This document shows positions 10,490-20,121 of a stretch of 64,000 bases of DNA, piece by piece. Positions within the stretch are counted from its first letter, which is position 1. The number at the start of each line of letters is the position of its first letter. The notes under the pieces are model-generated. The model saw only the letters and a program-made list of their open reading frames with translations, made no database searches and was not told the DNA's origin. This DNA is from a virus. Where the stretch lies: the IMG/VR virus record IMGVR_UViG_3300024255_000004, one strand, 5' to 3'. The position numbers and the translations under genes are program-made.

Positions 10490-11950
10490 ATGGCAGCAAT
10501 AATAACGGAAAAGTTTCGAATCCATAATGCGAAACAATTTAAGGAAGACTTTGGTGAGAGTGCCTCATCAAGTTATATATTCATAGGACGTTCATTCGAT
10601 TGGACTGATGAGAACAACCCACCAGCACCTGCGAATGCAGTTGGTGAGGAAATAGATTCATATGCAGACATGATTGCAATGAAAAAGGTTTCTACATCAG
10701 ACGTATCACATGGTCTAACAAGACATGATTGGACTTCAGGAACTTCATATGATGAGTATTCACACGATTATAGTGCAACGAATACTTCACCAGCTTCTGC
10801 AAGTAATAACTTATATGATTCAAGATTCTTTGTAATTACAGATGAATACCATGTGTATAAGTGTATTAGAACTGGAAGAGATTCATCAGGTGCAGTCGTT
10901 GTATCAGATGTAAAACCAACAGGAACAAGTGCAACTACTTTGATAACAACTGCCGATTCGAACGCTGCCTCAGGTCGTGGTTATGTATGGAAGTATATGT
11001 ATACTATTTCTGCCTCAGAAACAATTAAATTCGTGACTAACGACTTTATACCAGTTAAAACAATTGGTGCAGTTGCCTCAGTAGACGGAACAGGTTCGGG
11101 TGGTGCAATTGGTTCAACTGCAACAGATGACGGAACAGGACAATGGGACGTAGAAAACTCTGCAGTAAACGGAGGTATTCACCACGTATCAATCACAGCA
11201 GGTGGTTCAGGTTATACAGACGGAACATATGCTAGTGTTCCATTAGCAGGAGATGGTTCAGGTGCAACATGTAGTGTTATCGTATCATCAGGTGCAGTGG
11301 TTCACGTAGATATCACAGCAGTTGGTTCAGGTTATAAACGTGCTTCAATTAATGTTGATGGTATTTCAGGAATCGGTGGTGGTTCAGGTGGAATCTTAAA
11401 ACCAATTATTTCACCATTCTATGGACATGGTGCAGACCCAGTTCAAGAACTTGGTGGAAACTTTGTTTGTGTTAATGCAAGATTAGAGTTTGCAGAAGGT
11501 GCTGGAGATTTCCCAATTGACAACGACTTCAGAAGGATTGGATTAATACAAGACCCATTCACTGTAGGAACAACAACAGTTGCAACTGCAACTTCACTAG
11601 CTGCATATTCACAAATGACACTTTCAAGTGTGACGGGTCTTTCAGTAGACAACCTAATACTATCTGCAACTGCAGATGGAACTGGTGTTGCAGTTTCTAG
11701 AGTTGTATCAATCAGTGGTTTAGTTGTTTCACATGTCCCAGTTGCAAATAGTGCTGGTGGTTATGTAGACTTCACTAGTTCTGATTCAGTTTATGTTGGT
11801 GGTTCTTCAGTAGGAAATGTAAATTCAGTAAACGGAACATTCCCCGAAGTAGAAAGATATTCAGGTCAAATCATGTATGTTGAAAACAGGGGTGCAGTGA
11901 CAAGAGCTGCAGACCAAATCGAAGATATCAAACTGATAATCGAAATGTAA
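10490..11950 (+). CDS. gp8: Baseplate wedge subunit gp8
   Basis: MAAIITEKFRIHNA..F; VYKCI; GYVWKYMYTI; ends YVENR...RA.DQ.EDIKLIIE. Confidence 0.9.
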   Translation: MAAIITEKFRIHNAKQFKEDFGESASSSYIFIGRSFDWTDENNPPAPANAVGEEIDSYADMIAMKKVSTSDVSHGLTRHDWTSGTSYDEYSHDYSATNTSPASASNNLYDSRFFVITDEYHVYKCIRTGRDSSGAVVVSDVKPTGTSATTLITTADSNAASGRGYVWKYMYTISASETIKFVTNDFIPVKTIGAVASVDGTGSGGAIGSTATDDGTGQWDVENSAVNGGIHHVSITAGGSGYTDGTYASVPLAGDGSGATCSVIVSSGAVVHVDITAVGSGYKRASINVDGISGIGGGSGGILKPIISPFYGHGADPVQELGGNFVCVNARLEFAEGAGDFPIDNDFRRIGLIQDPFTVGTTTVATATSLAAYSQMTLSSVTGLSVDNLILSATADGTGVAVSRVVSISGLVVSHVPVANSAGGYVDFTSSDSVYVGGSSVGNVNSVNGTFPEVERYSGQIMYVENRGAVTRAADQIEDIKLIIEM

Positions 11951-11988
11951 TTTAATGGGGACACAAAGTCCCCTACAAGAGAGTTAAA

Positions 11989-14900
11989 ATGGCAGAGAAA
12001 ACTGATTTAAATATATCACCCTATTATGACGACTACAGTGAGAGTAAAAACTTTCAAAAAGTTTTATTCCGTGCAAGTAGACCACTACAAGCAAGAGAAT
12101 TAACTCAATCACAATCAATCCTTCAAAATCAAATCCAAAGATTTGGTAATCATATATTTGAAGAAGGGTCAATCGTCACTGGTGCTCAAACTGATATTGA
12201 TATGGAACTTTACTATGTTAAAGTAAAGTCTTCCAATCCAAATATCAATGGTGATACTTCAGTTGAAACATATAGAAAATCTTTCCACGGAAAAATAATA
12301 CAAGGTAAAACAACAGGTGTTGTTGGTAAAGTAGTCACATCAACTGCAGAAACAACAGACGACAAACTTACATTGTTTGTCAGATATCAATCACAAGGAA
12401 CCAACTCAAGTAATTCATTTACTTTCTCAGCAGGAGAAGAACTACAAGAAGTCACTGTAGACGAAAATGGTGCAATTTCAGCCAATGCATCAAACAATAA
12501 TGAATTTACAGTAGATGCATTAACAGTTAGTTCAAATCCAACTGGAAGAGGTTCAATTGCAAATATCTCTGAAGGTGTTCTCTTTATTAGAGGATTCTTT
12601 GTAAAGGTTCCAGCACAAGAACTTATTTTAGAAAAATATTCAGGTGCTCCTTCATACAGAGTTGGTATAACAGTCACAGAGAATTTAATATCTTCTTCTG
12701 AAGACTCAAGTTTATTAGATAACTCACAAGGAACAACAAACGAAAATGCAGCTGGTGCTGATAGACTTAAATTCAATTTAGTCTTAAGTAAGTATACTCT
12801 TACTACAACTACTGATACAGATTTCGTAGAGTTAGTTAGAGTTAATAAAGGTTTAATCGAACTCAAAGTAGATAAACCAATATACAATGAAATAGAACAC
12901 ACAATGGCACGAAGAACTTTCGATGCAAATGGTGATTTCGTTGTAAGACAATTCGTTCCAACTTTAAAAGAACACTTAGACGACTCAACTAATGGTGGTG
13001 TATACACTTCTACAAATGGTGGAGTTGAGAGTAATTTTGTTATGCAAGTATCGCCAGGTAAAGCATATGTCAAAGGATATGAAATTGATAAAATAGGAAC
13101 AACGTCAATTCCACTGAAAAAAGCAAGAACAGCAATATCATTAGATAATGCAAACACTCCAATAAGATTGGGGAACAAATTAAGAGTCACAAATATTCAT
13201 TCATTACCCGAGTTTGGTAATGAGGGTGGTATAGATACATTAGACCCATATCAATTAACAGAATTGTGGGATACTGCACCAGCAGTCGCAGGAGTAAAAG
13301 GAACTGGAAATCTTATAGGATATTCTAGAATTAGAAACATTGACGAACACACAACGGGTGTTTACAATTTATATCTATTTGATATTAAAATGTTTACTAA
13401 GGTCACATTTTCTGCACTATCCAGTGGACAAGTTGCAGTTAGTGATAAGTTAACAGACACTACAACAGGTGCAACAGGTATTATTGCAGAGATTGATTTA
13501 CCAAGTAAGTCAGTATTATTACATGACGTAGTAGGAACATTCCAAGTTTCCAGTGGTATTGTAAGTGAAGGTATCACTGCAACAACAATAGTCAATGGAA
13601 TTACTGCAGTTAGAACATACAATATTGATAGAGTTAGAGGTGTTTCTCAAGATTCAAATAACTCAAACAGAGAAGTGTTTACTGCACATACAGTTTTAGA
13701 TTCCGCATTTAATTTAACTGGAACTGTTATATATGATACTACAACTGGTATGACTGGTTTTGGAACTAAGTTTACTACAGAACTTAAAGAAGGAGACGTT
13801 GTTCATAACCCTGCTTCAGGTCAAGATTTAGTTATTAGTTCAGTTGCTAGTGACATATCTGCAACACTTGTTGGAGCCTCAACAGCTGCATATCAAGGTG
13901 GAGTTTCTAGATTACGTGCAACACTTTATGACCAAAACCAAACTGCAAACATATTTGCATGGCCAAGGAACTGGGTTAAGACACATACTGGTGAATCAAT
14001 TCAAATACGAAGACAATTCACAGCTCAGTTAAGTGGTGGTTCATTCTCAGTAGATTCAGGTTCAAACGGAACCTTTGCACCAGTGAACAAAGATAACTTT
14101 ACAATTGCAGTGATTGAAGCTGCTGGTGGTGGAAGTTTATCAGCAGGAGATTTAATTGACCCCGATTCAATCTCAAATTCAGTGACTTCTTCAGGTTCAG
14201 GTCAACAAATAACATTCAGTGGTATTAATGCAAATAACGATACTGCAGTTGTAAGAGTATCTTATACAATTACAATAACAGACCCCGTTAACAGAGATAA
14301 GACATTAAGAGCTGGAAGAATGTTGAAGGTCACAGGTTCAAAAACATCTTCATATATGTATGGAACTGCATACGACCATAAAGAAATTACATTGGGTGTT
14401 CCTGATGCATACAAAATTCGTGGAATTTATGAAGGAGTTAGTGGTGATGCATTACCACCTTCATTTATTACAACAACTACAACTGGAACCTTCGTTGTTA
14501 ATGAAGAAGTTGTAGGACAAACTTCAGATGCACGTGCAAACATTGTCACCTTTAGTGGAGACACCAATGTATCATATTTTTATTACACAAATAACAATGT
14601 ATTTACAGATAATGAAAATATTATTGGTCAGACTTCAGGTGCAGTAGGAACAATTGCATCAGTCACAGCAGGTTCACCGAACATAACAAACAGATACTTC
14701 TTTGACAATGGTCAGAGAGATGGTTTTTACGATTTATCAAAATTAGTTTTAAAGCCAGGTGAACCAGCACCAAACAATAAAATCCTAATAATATTTGATT
14801 ACTTCCAATCTTCAGGTGGTGGAGACTACTTTGATGTGGAATCATATTCCTCAATACCTTACAAAGATATACCAGTCTATTCACCAAATAAAATAGACTT

Positions 14901-17900
14901 AGGTGGATTAGAACCTGATGGAACTTTTGAATTATCAGATTCAGTTGATTTCAGACCACAAGTTGGTCAGATAATAGGGTCTTCTACCTTTGCAACAAAT
15001 GTGAGTCAAGACCCAACTGATGCAAGTAGTGTTGTAGACTTATCAGATGTATCAGGTGTAGGTGCAAAATACGCACCTTTTGCCTATGCAACTGGACGTT
15101 CTTTTGAAAGTAGTAGAACAGGTATTGCAACCACTTTTGCAAGTGCAACAGACACACCAGTATCAGGTTCAAGTGTTGTGGGTGATATATCATTCTATGT
15201 TGGTAGAATAGATAAAGTATTCTTACATAAATCAGGAATGTTCCAAGTATCAACTGGAAATCCTTCAATATCACCAACTAAACCTAAAGCTGTTGACGAT
15301 GCAATCGAAATGTTTGAATTGTCAATACCACCTTATACTAATAAGTTAAACCAAATCAGAGTAAGGTCACAAGACCATAGACGATATACTATGAAAGATA
15401 TCGGAAAGATTAACAACAGGGTCACTAACTTAGAAAGAATCACTTCACTATCATTACTTGAGAAAGATACTCAGTCAAAACAGATTTTAGATGCAGACGG
15501 ATTCGACAGATATAAGTCAGGTTTCTTAGTAGATAACTTTAGAGGTCATAAGATTGGTGACGTAAATCACCCCGACTATAAGTGTTCTATCGATACTAAA
15601 ATGGGTATGTTAAGACCTCAGTCTTATCAACAGTTCTTTGATATATCTTTAAATGTTGCTGCTTCAGCAAACTATCAAAAAACTGGAGACTTAATAACAC
15701 TTCCATATAGTGAAATTGCATACGTAGACCAAAGTAAAGCATCTCGTTCAATCAATGTTAACCCATACCATGTGTTTGCATTCGTAGGTAATGTCAAGTT
15801 GACACCCGAAACAGATATATGGCAAGATACAGAACAACTACCCGAAGTTAGAATCAACAGAGAGGGTAATTTTGATGCAGTATTATCAGATAACACAAAT
15901 GCACTTGGAACAGTGTGGAACTCATGGCAGACCACATGGGCAGGAGAACCTAGTGTAGTGTCTTCAGAAGTTCAAGCAACTTCAAATGGTTCATGGTCAG
16001 GAGACCCAGCACAAGGTGGTGAATGGGTTGCTGGTTTAGAAATTACTAGAGAAATTACAGAGACACCTGAAATTCAAACAAGAACAGGTGTGACAACAAG
16101 TGTCGTAGAAGACTTTGTAGAAACAAGAAACGATAGAATCGTGTCAGTATCAATTGTTCCTTTCATGCGTGCAAGGACTATTGAGATAGATGCAACCAAC
16201 TTAAAGCCTGGTTCAAATCATTACTTCTTCTTTGATAATCTAGACGTAAACAAATTTGTTAGACCTCATAGTGGAACTTATTCACAAGACGGAGGAACAA
16301 CAGTTTCTTCAGGTTGTAAAACAGACGGAAACGGAAGATTACGTGCATTCTTTGAATTACCAAACAATTCAATTCACAAATTCCCAACAGGACAAAGAGA
16401 ATTAAGAATAACATCTTCTGCATACAACTTAAGTAATCCTGCCTCAAATGGTAGTGCAGTTTATCAAGCACAAGGATTATTACAGTCTTCACAAACTGAA
16501 GTCGTCTCTACAAGAAATGGTAGAGTGATTATGGAAAGATTACAAGGTTCAAGGTCAATGTCTAGAAGGGGTGAGAATTTAAACTCTGCACCTTTTGATA
16601 ATACTGCACCAGCACTACCTGATGCACCAGCAGATATAGTGAGAGTTAATGACCCACCAGCCGACCAAGTGCCTGCACCAGCACCCGACCCAACTCCAGC
16701 GGTTCCCGACCCATTACCACCTATTCCAGTTGTGTCACCAATAGTGTTTGACCCACCAGTAGTGTCGTGGCCAGACCCACCAAGAGAACTTCCAATCATT
16801 ATTGATGATGCAAGAGACAGGTTTGTAGGTGATAGAGTTGGAAGAGGTTCAAGATTAGACAGAGGTTGGGGAGACCCACTTGCACAATCATTCTTATGTG
16901 AAGCAGACGGAGGTATGTTCTTATCTTCAGTAGATACATTCTTTGAAACTAAAGATGCTTCTATGCCTGTTTCAGTAGAAGTTAGAACTATGGTTAATGG
17001 ATATCCTGGCCAAACAGTATTACCATTCTCTACAGTCACACACAACCCTTCTGCAGTTAATACTTCTTCAGACGGGTCAGTTGCAACAACATTTACTTTT
17101 GATTCACCAGTATACGTAGAAGAAAACGTAGAGTATGCATTAGTTGTATATTCAAATTCAAATGAATACAATATGTTCATTTCAAGAATGGGTGAGAAAG
17201 ACCTTGCATCAGGACAAACAATCGCAGGTCAACCATACGCTGGTTCACTATTCTTATCACAAAATGCTTCTACATGGACTGCAGAACAAACTGATGATAT
17301 GAAAATCAAAATCAAAACTTGTAAATTTGATACTTCAAAAATATCAAACTTAAAATTTGAAAATGATGCATTACCTTCATCAAAATTACAAACAAATCCA
17401 ATAGAAACATATAGTGGACAAAATTATGTTAAAGTATATAACTACTTACATGGAATGTATGATTCAGTAAGTAATAAAGATAATGTTGTAATGTCAGGTT
17501 TAACTGGTGATAAGACTGGAAGTGTTTTAACTTTAGGTAGTAATACAGTCAATCAGACTCCAACAGACGGAACATATCTCAACAAATCGATTAGTTCAGG
17601 TTCACTTTCAGGGGTTGATGCAACACTTGACATAGTAGTTTCAAGTGGTGCAGTGTCTAGTGTGTTGATTAGCAATCCAGGCGGTGGATATCTTTCAACA
17701 GAGACCCTTGTTATATCAAGTTTTGATGGACAAGGAACAAATATATCAGTAGAAGTTGGAACAGTTGGAGAGACAATTGGTGGTATTCCAGTTGGGTCAT
17801 TGAATGCAACATTCACACAAATTGCAAATAGAGGGATTGATTCATATACAGTAATACCCGATATATCTGCATACGATTTAAAATCAGGATATACTGCATT

Positions 17901-18702
17901 AGTAGATACAGTTGGTGGTGGAAGTGTTGCAGTGTCAACAAGAAACTATTACTTTGATGCAATTCACACAATGATTCCTTCTACTGCAGTTAAAAACACT
18001 CAGATTCTTGCAAGTGTTTTAACAACTCCAATGAGTTCACCCGAAGGATATGTAAACGGAACTTCATATATAAGAAACACAACAAGTAATTTTATAACAT
18101 TGAATGATAATGCATTCTTTGGTTCACCAAGTGTGGTTGCAAGTTCGATAAATGAGACAAGTGAAATGTCTTCTTCAAAATCATTTCAGTGTCAACTACA
18201 ACTTGCATCATTTAACCAAAATATTTCACCAGTAATTGATGTGGGAACAGTTGGTTGTATTGGTATTGCAAACAGATTAAATGACATTGACAGTAGTTCA
18301 GATGTCCCTACAGGAACCACATACATTGATTCTAACGAACCCGAAGGGGATTCTAATGCAATGGTATATGTGACACGTAAAGTGAACCTTAAAACACCTG
18401 CTACAAGTATTAAAGTAATTGCAGATTTCTTTAGACCACCTACTACAGATTTAAAAGTCATGTATAAGATAATTAAAAATGACGAAGACATACCATTAGA
18501 CGATATTGGATTTGAATATTTCAATACTAGTGGTGTTCCCGATACTTCTGTTGAGAACGATGGTAGAAACTTTAAAGAATACGAATTTACTGCAAACGAC
18601 TTACCCGAATTCAGTGCCTTTGCAGTGAAAATTGTGGGTCAAGGAACAAACACTTCCGTAGTCCCATTAGTGACTGCACTTAGGTGTATGGCACTTGCAT
18701 AA
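11989..18702 (+). CDS. Very large virion structural protein (VrlC/DUF4815-like)
   Basis: LNISPYYDDY...FQKVLFR..RPLQARELTQ.QSILQNQ; RRYTMKDIG..; DPLAQSF; follows gp8 as in marine T4-like phages. Confidence 0.8.
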   Translation: MAEKTDLNISPYYDDYSESKNFQKVLFRASRPLQARELTQSQSILQNQIQRFGNHIFEEGSIVTGAQTDIDMELYYVKVKSSNPNINGDTSVETYRKSFHGKIIQGKTTGVVGKVVTSTAETTDDKLTLFVRYQSQGTNSSNSFTFSAGEELQEVTVDENGAISANASNNNEFTVDALTVSSNPTGRGSIANISEGVLFIRGFFVKVPAQELILEKYSGAPSYRVGITVTENLISSSEDSSLLDNSQGTTNENAAGADRLKFNLVLSKYTLTTTTDTDFVELVRVNKGLIELKVDKPIYNEIEHTMARRTFDANGDFVVRQFVPTLKEHLDDSTNGGVYTSTNGGVESNFVMQVSPGKAYVKGYEIDKIGTTSIPLKKARTAISLDNANTPIRLGNKLRVTNIHSLPEFGNEGGIDTLDPYQLTELWDTAPAVAGVKGTGNLIGYSRIRNIDEHTTGVYNLYLFDIKMFTKVTFSALSSGQVAVSDKLTDTTTGATGIIAEIDLPSKSVLLHDVVGTFQVSSGIVSEGITATTIVNGITAVRTYNIDRVRGVSQDSNNSNREVFTAHTVLDSAFNLTGTVIYDTTTGMTGFGTKFTTELKEGDVVHNPASGQDLVISSVASDISATLVGASTAAYQGGVSRLRATLYDQNQTANIFAWPRNWVKTHTGESIQIRRQFTAQLSGGSFSVDSGSNGTFAPVNKDNFTIAVIEAAGGGSLSAGDLIDPDSISNSVTSSGSGQQITFSGINANNDTAVVRVSYTITITDPVNRDKTLRAGRMLKVTGSKTSSYMYGTAYDHKEITLGVPDAYKIRGIYEGVSGDALPPSFITTTTTGTFVVNEEVVGQTSDARANIVTFSGDTNVSYFYYTNNNVFTDNENIIGQTSGAVGTIASVTAGSPNITNRYFFDNGQRDGFYDLSKLVLKPGEPAPNNKILIIFDYFQSSGGGDYFDVESYSSIPYKDIPVYSPNKIDLGGLEPDGTFELSDSVDFRPQVGQIIGSSTFATNVSQDPTDASSVVDLSDVSGVGAKYAPFAYATGRSFESSRTGIATTFASATDTPVSGSSVVGDISFYVGRIDKVFLHKSGMFQVSTGNPSISPTKPKAVDDAIEMFELSIPPYTNKLNQIRVRSQDHRRYTMKDIGKINNRVTNLERITSLSLLEKDTQSKQILDADGFDRYKSGFLVDNFRGHKIGDVNHPDYKCSIDTKMGMLRPQSYQQFFDISLNVAASANYQKTGDLITLPYSEIAYVDQSKASRSINVNPYHVFAFVGNVKLTPETDIWQDTEQLPEVRINREGNFDAVLSDNTNALGTVWNSWQTTWAGEPSVVSSEVQATSNGSWSGDPAQGGEWVAGLEITREITETPEIQTRTGVTTSVVEDFVETRNDRIVSVSIVPFMRARTIEIDATNLKPGSNHYFFFDNLDVNKFVRPHSGTYSQDGGTTVSSGCKTDGNGRLRAFFELPNNSIHKFPTGQRELRITSSAYNLSNPASNGSAVYQAQGLLQSSQTEVVSTRNGRVIMERLQGSRSMSRRGENLNSAPFDNTAPALPDAPADIVRVNDPPADQVPAPAPDPTPAVPDPLPPIPVVSPIVFDPPVVSWPDPPRELPIIIDDARDRFVGDRVGRGSRLDRGWGDPLAQSFLCEADGGMFLSSVDTFFETKDASMPVSVEVRTMVNGYPGQTVLPFSTVTHNPSAVNTSSDGSVATTFTFDSPVYVEENVEYALVVYSNSNEYNMFISRMGEKDLASGQTIAGQPYAGSLFLSQNASTWTAEQTDDMKIKIKTCKFDTSKISNLKFENDALPSSKLQTNPIETYSGQNYVKVYNYLHGMYDSVSNKDNVVMSGLTGDKTGSVLTLGSNTVNQTPTDGTYLNKSISSGSLSGVDATLDIVVSSGAVSSVLISNPGGGYLSTETLVISSFDGQGTNISVEVGTVGETIGGIPVGSLNATFTQIANRGIDSYTVIPDISAYDLKSGYTALVDTVGGGSVAVSTRNYYFDAIHTMIPSTAVKNTQILASVLTTPMSSPEGYVNGTSYIRNTTSNFITLNDNAFFGSPSVVASSINETSEMSSSKSFQCQLQLASFNQNISPVIDVGTVGCIGIANRLNDIDSSSDVPTGTTYIDSNEPEGDSNAMVYVTRKVNLKTPATSIKVIADFFRPPTTDLKVMYKIIKNDEDIPLDDIGFEYFNTSGVPDTSVENDGRNFKEYEFTANDLPEFSAFAVKIVGQGTNTSVVPLVTALRCMALA

Positions 18703-18911
18703 TGAAAGATGTTGAATATATAAAAGTTGAAGGTCACTCACATTTAGTAAGAGACGATAGTTCACACGGAATTGTTAATACAGATATAGAAAACTTTAAA
18801 TTAACAATGAAACGTAGAGAACTTATGAAAACAACTCGTGAAGAGATAAATACATTAAAAGGTGATATGGACGAAATTAAATCCTTATTAACCAAACTTA
18901 TAGAGAGATAG
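18702..18911 (+). CDS. Small hypothetical protein with C-terminal coiled coil
   Basis: ATG overlaps the previous stop (TAATG); KVEGHSHLVRD..S.GIVN motif. Confidence 0.6.
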   Translation: MKDVEYIKVEGHSHLVRDDSSHGIVNTDIENFKLTMKRRELMKTTREEINTLKGDMDEIKSLLTKLIER

Positions 18912-18912
18912 A

Positions 18913-20112
18913 ATGGCAAAAACAGTAGACCAATTTAGCACTATTGAAAACTTTAGGACGAAGTATAATGAACTTGCAGTTGATGTTGGTGAGTTATCGG
19001 GTTTAAGAACCGAATCAACTACAAATGTGGTTGATGCACTTAACAGCCTTGAAGATAAGTCATTCTTTTTTCAAGAATTCCAATACGTTGCAACAGCAAA
19101 TCAAACAGTATTTACGGGTAATGATTCAGACAATAACTCACTTGTTTTTAGAAGTGGAAGAATTCAAGTATTCAAAAATACAAACCTTTTAATATTAGGA
19201 ACAGACTATTCAATCGGTGGTGTAGACGGAAACAAACATACAGAGATTACACTTAACACAGGTGCAAGTGTTGGTGATGTTGTATCAATTTTTGCATACA
19301 CTGGTTCATATATTGGTAGTTCTATTGGTGCTGGTGGTGGAGAAGCTGGTCAGTTCACTGAAACAGCAATAAACACAATTTACAATAAAAATGCAAATGG
19401 TGTTATCCTAAATGGTTCTTCAACTGGAAGAACTACTTCTTTATCAACAAGTGCAAAAATAGAATTTGATTCTAATGGAACTGGTGTATATTCACAAGAA
19501 GATATTACACTTGCAAATGGTAAGAATTTTGTTGGGAATCTAACTGGAGATGTCACTGGAAATGTGACTGGAAATGTTTCGGGAACTTCAGGTAGTTCAG
19601 GAACAGTTTCAAGTATATCTACACATTCTGCAAGTGGTTTATCAGACATTAATTATACCACAACCCCAACAAATGGTCAAATTTTAGTATGGGATAATGC
19701 AAATGGATATTGGGAACCAGCAACTAACCAAGATATGTCATCATTAAGTGGTGATTCAGACGATATTACTGAAGGAACAACAAATCTGTTTTCAACTACA
19801 GAAAGAATTCAAGATGCAGCTGCATCAATGATTACAAGTGCAACACATAGTAATATATCAGTTGCATATGATGATGGATTAGGAACACTTACCTTTACTG
19901 CTGGTGCAACATATTCAGATTCAGATGCAAGAGGTGCCCTTCAAGGTGGTGCTGGACTTAATTACAACTCAACAACTGGTGAGTTCGGTGCAAATACCTC
20001 TAATGGAATTGAGATAAATAGTGATAGTATAGAATTAGATTACGAAATAGTTAATTCAGCACCTTCAACTGCAAGTGGAACCTCAGTGGGACACTTGTGG
20101 TTTGTTATATAA
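18913..20112 (+). CDS. Fibre/appendage protein, probable anchor of the 20122 hairpin protein
   Basis: N-terminal FRTKYNEL coiled coil, GNVTG repeats, DDITEGTTNL and YNSTTG repeats; ends SAPS..GTSVGHLWFVI. Confidence 0.65.
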   Translation: MAKTVDQFSTIENFRTKYNELAVDVGELSGLRTESTTNVVDALNSLEDKSFFFQEFQYVATANQTVFTGNDSDNNSLVFRSGRIQVFKNTNLLILGTDYSIGGVDGNKHTEITLNTGASVGDVVSIFAYTGSYIGSSIGAGGGEAGQFTETAINTIYNKNANGVILNGSSTGRTTSLSTSAKIEFDSNGTGVYSQEDITLANGKNFVGNLTGDVTGNVTGNVSGTSGSSGTVSSISTHSASGLSDINYTTTPTNGQILVWDNANGYWEPATNQDMSSLSGDSDDITEGTTNLFSTTERIQDAAASMITSATHSNISVAYDDGLGTLTFTAGATYSDSDARGALQGGAGLNYNSTTGEFGANTSNGIEINSDSIELDYEIVNSAPSTASGTSVGHLWFVI

Positions 20113-20121
20113 TGAGATGAA

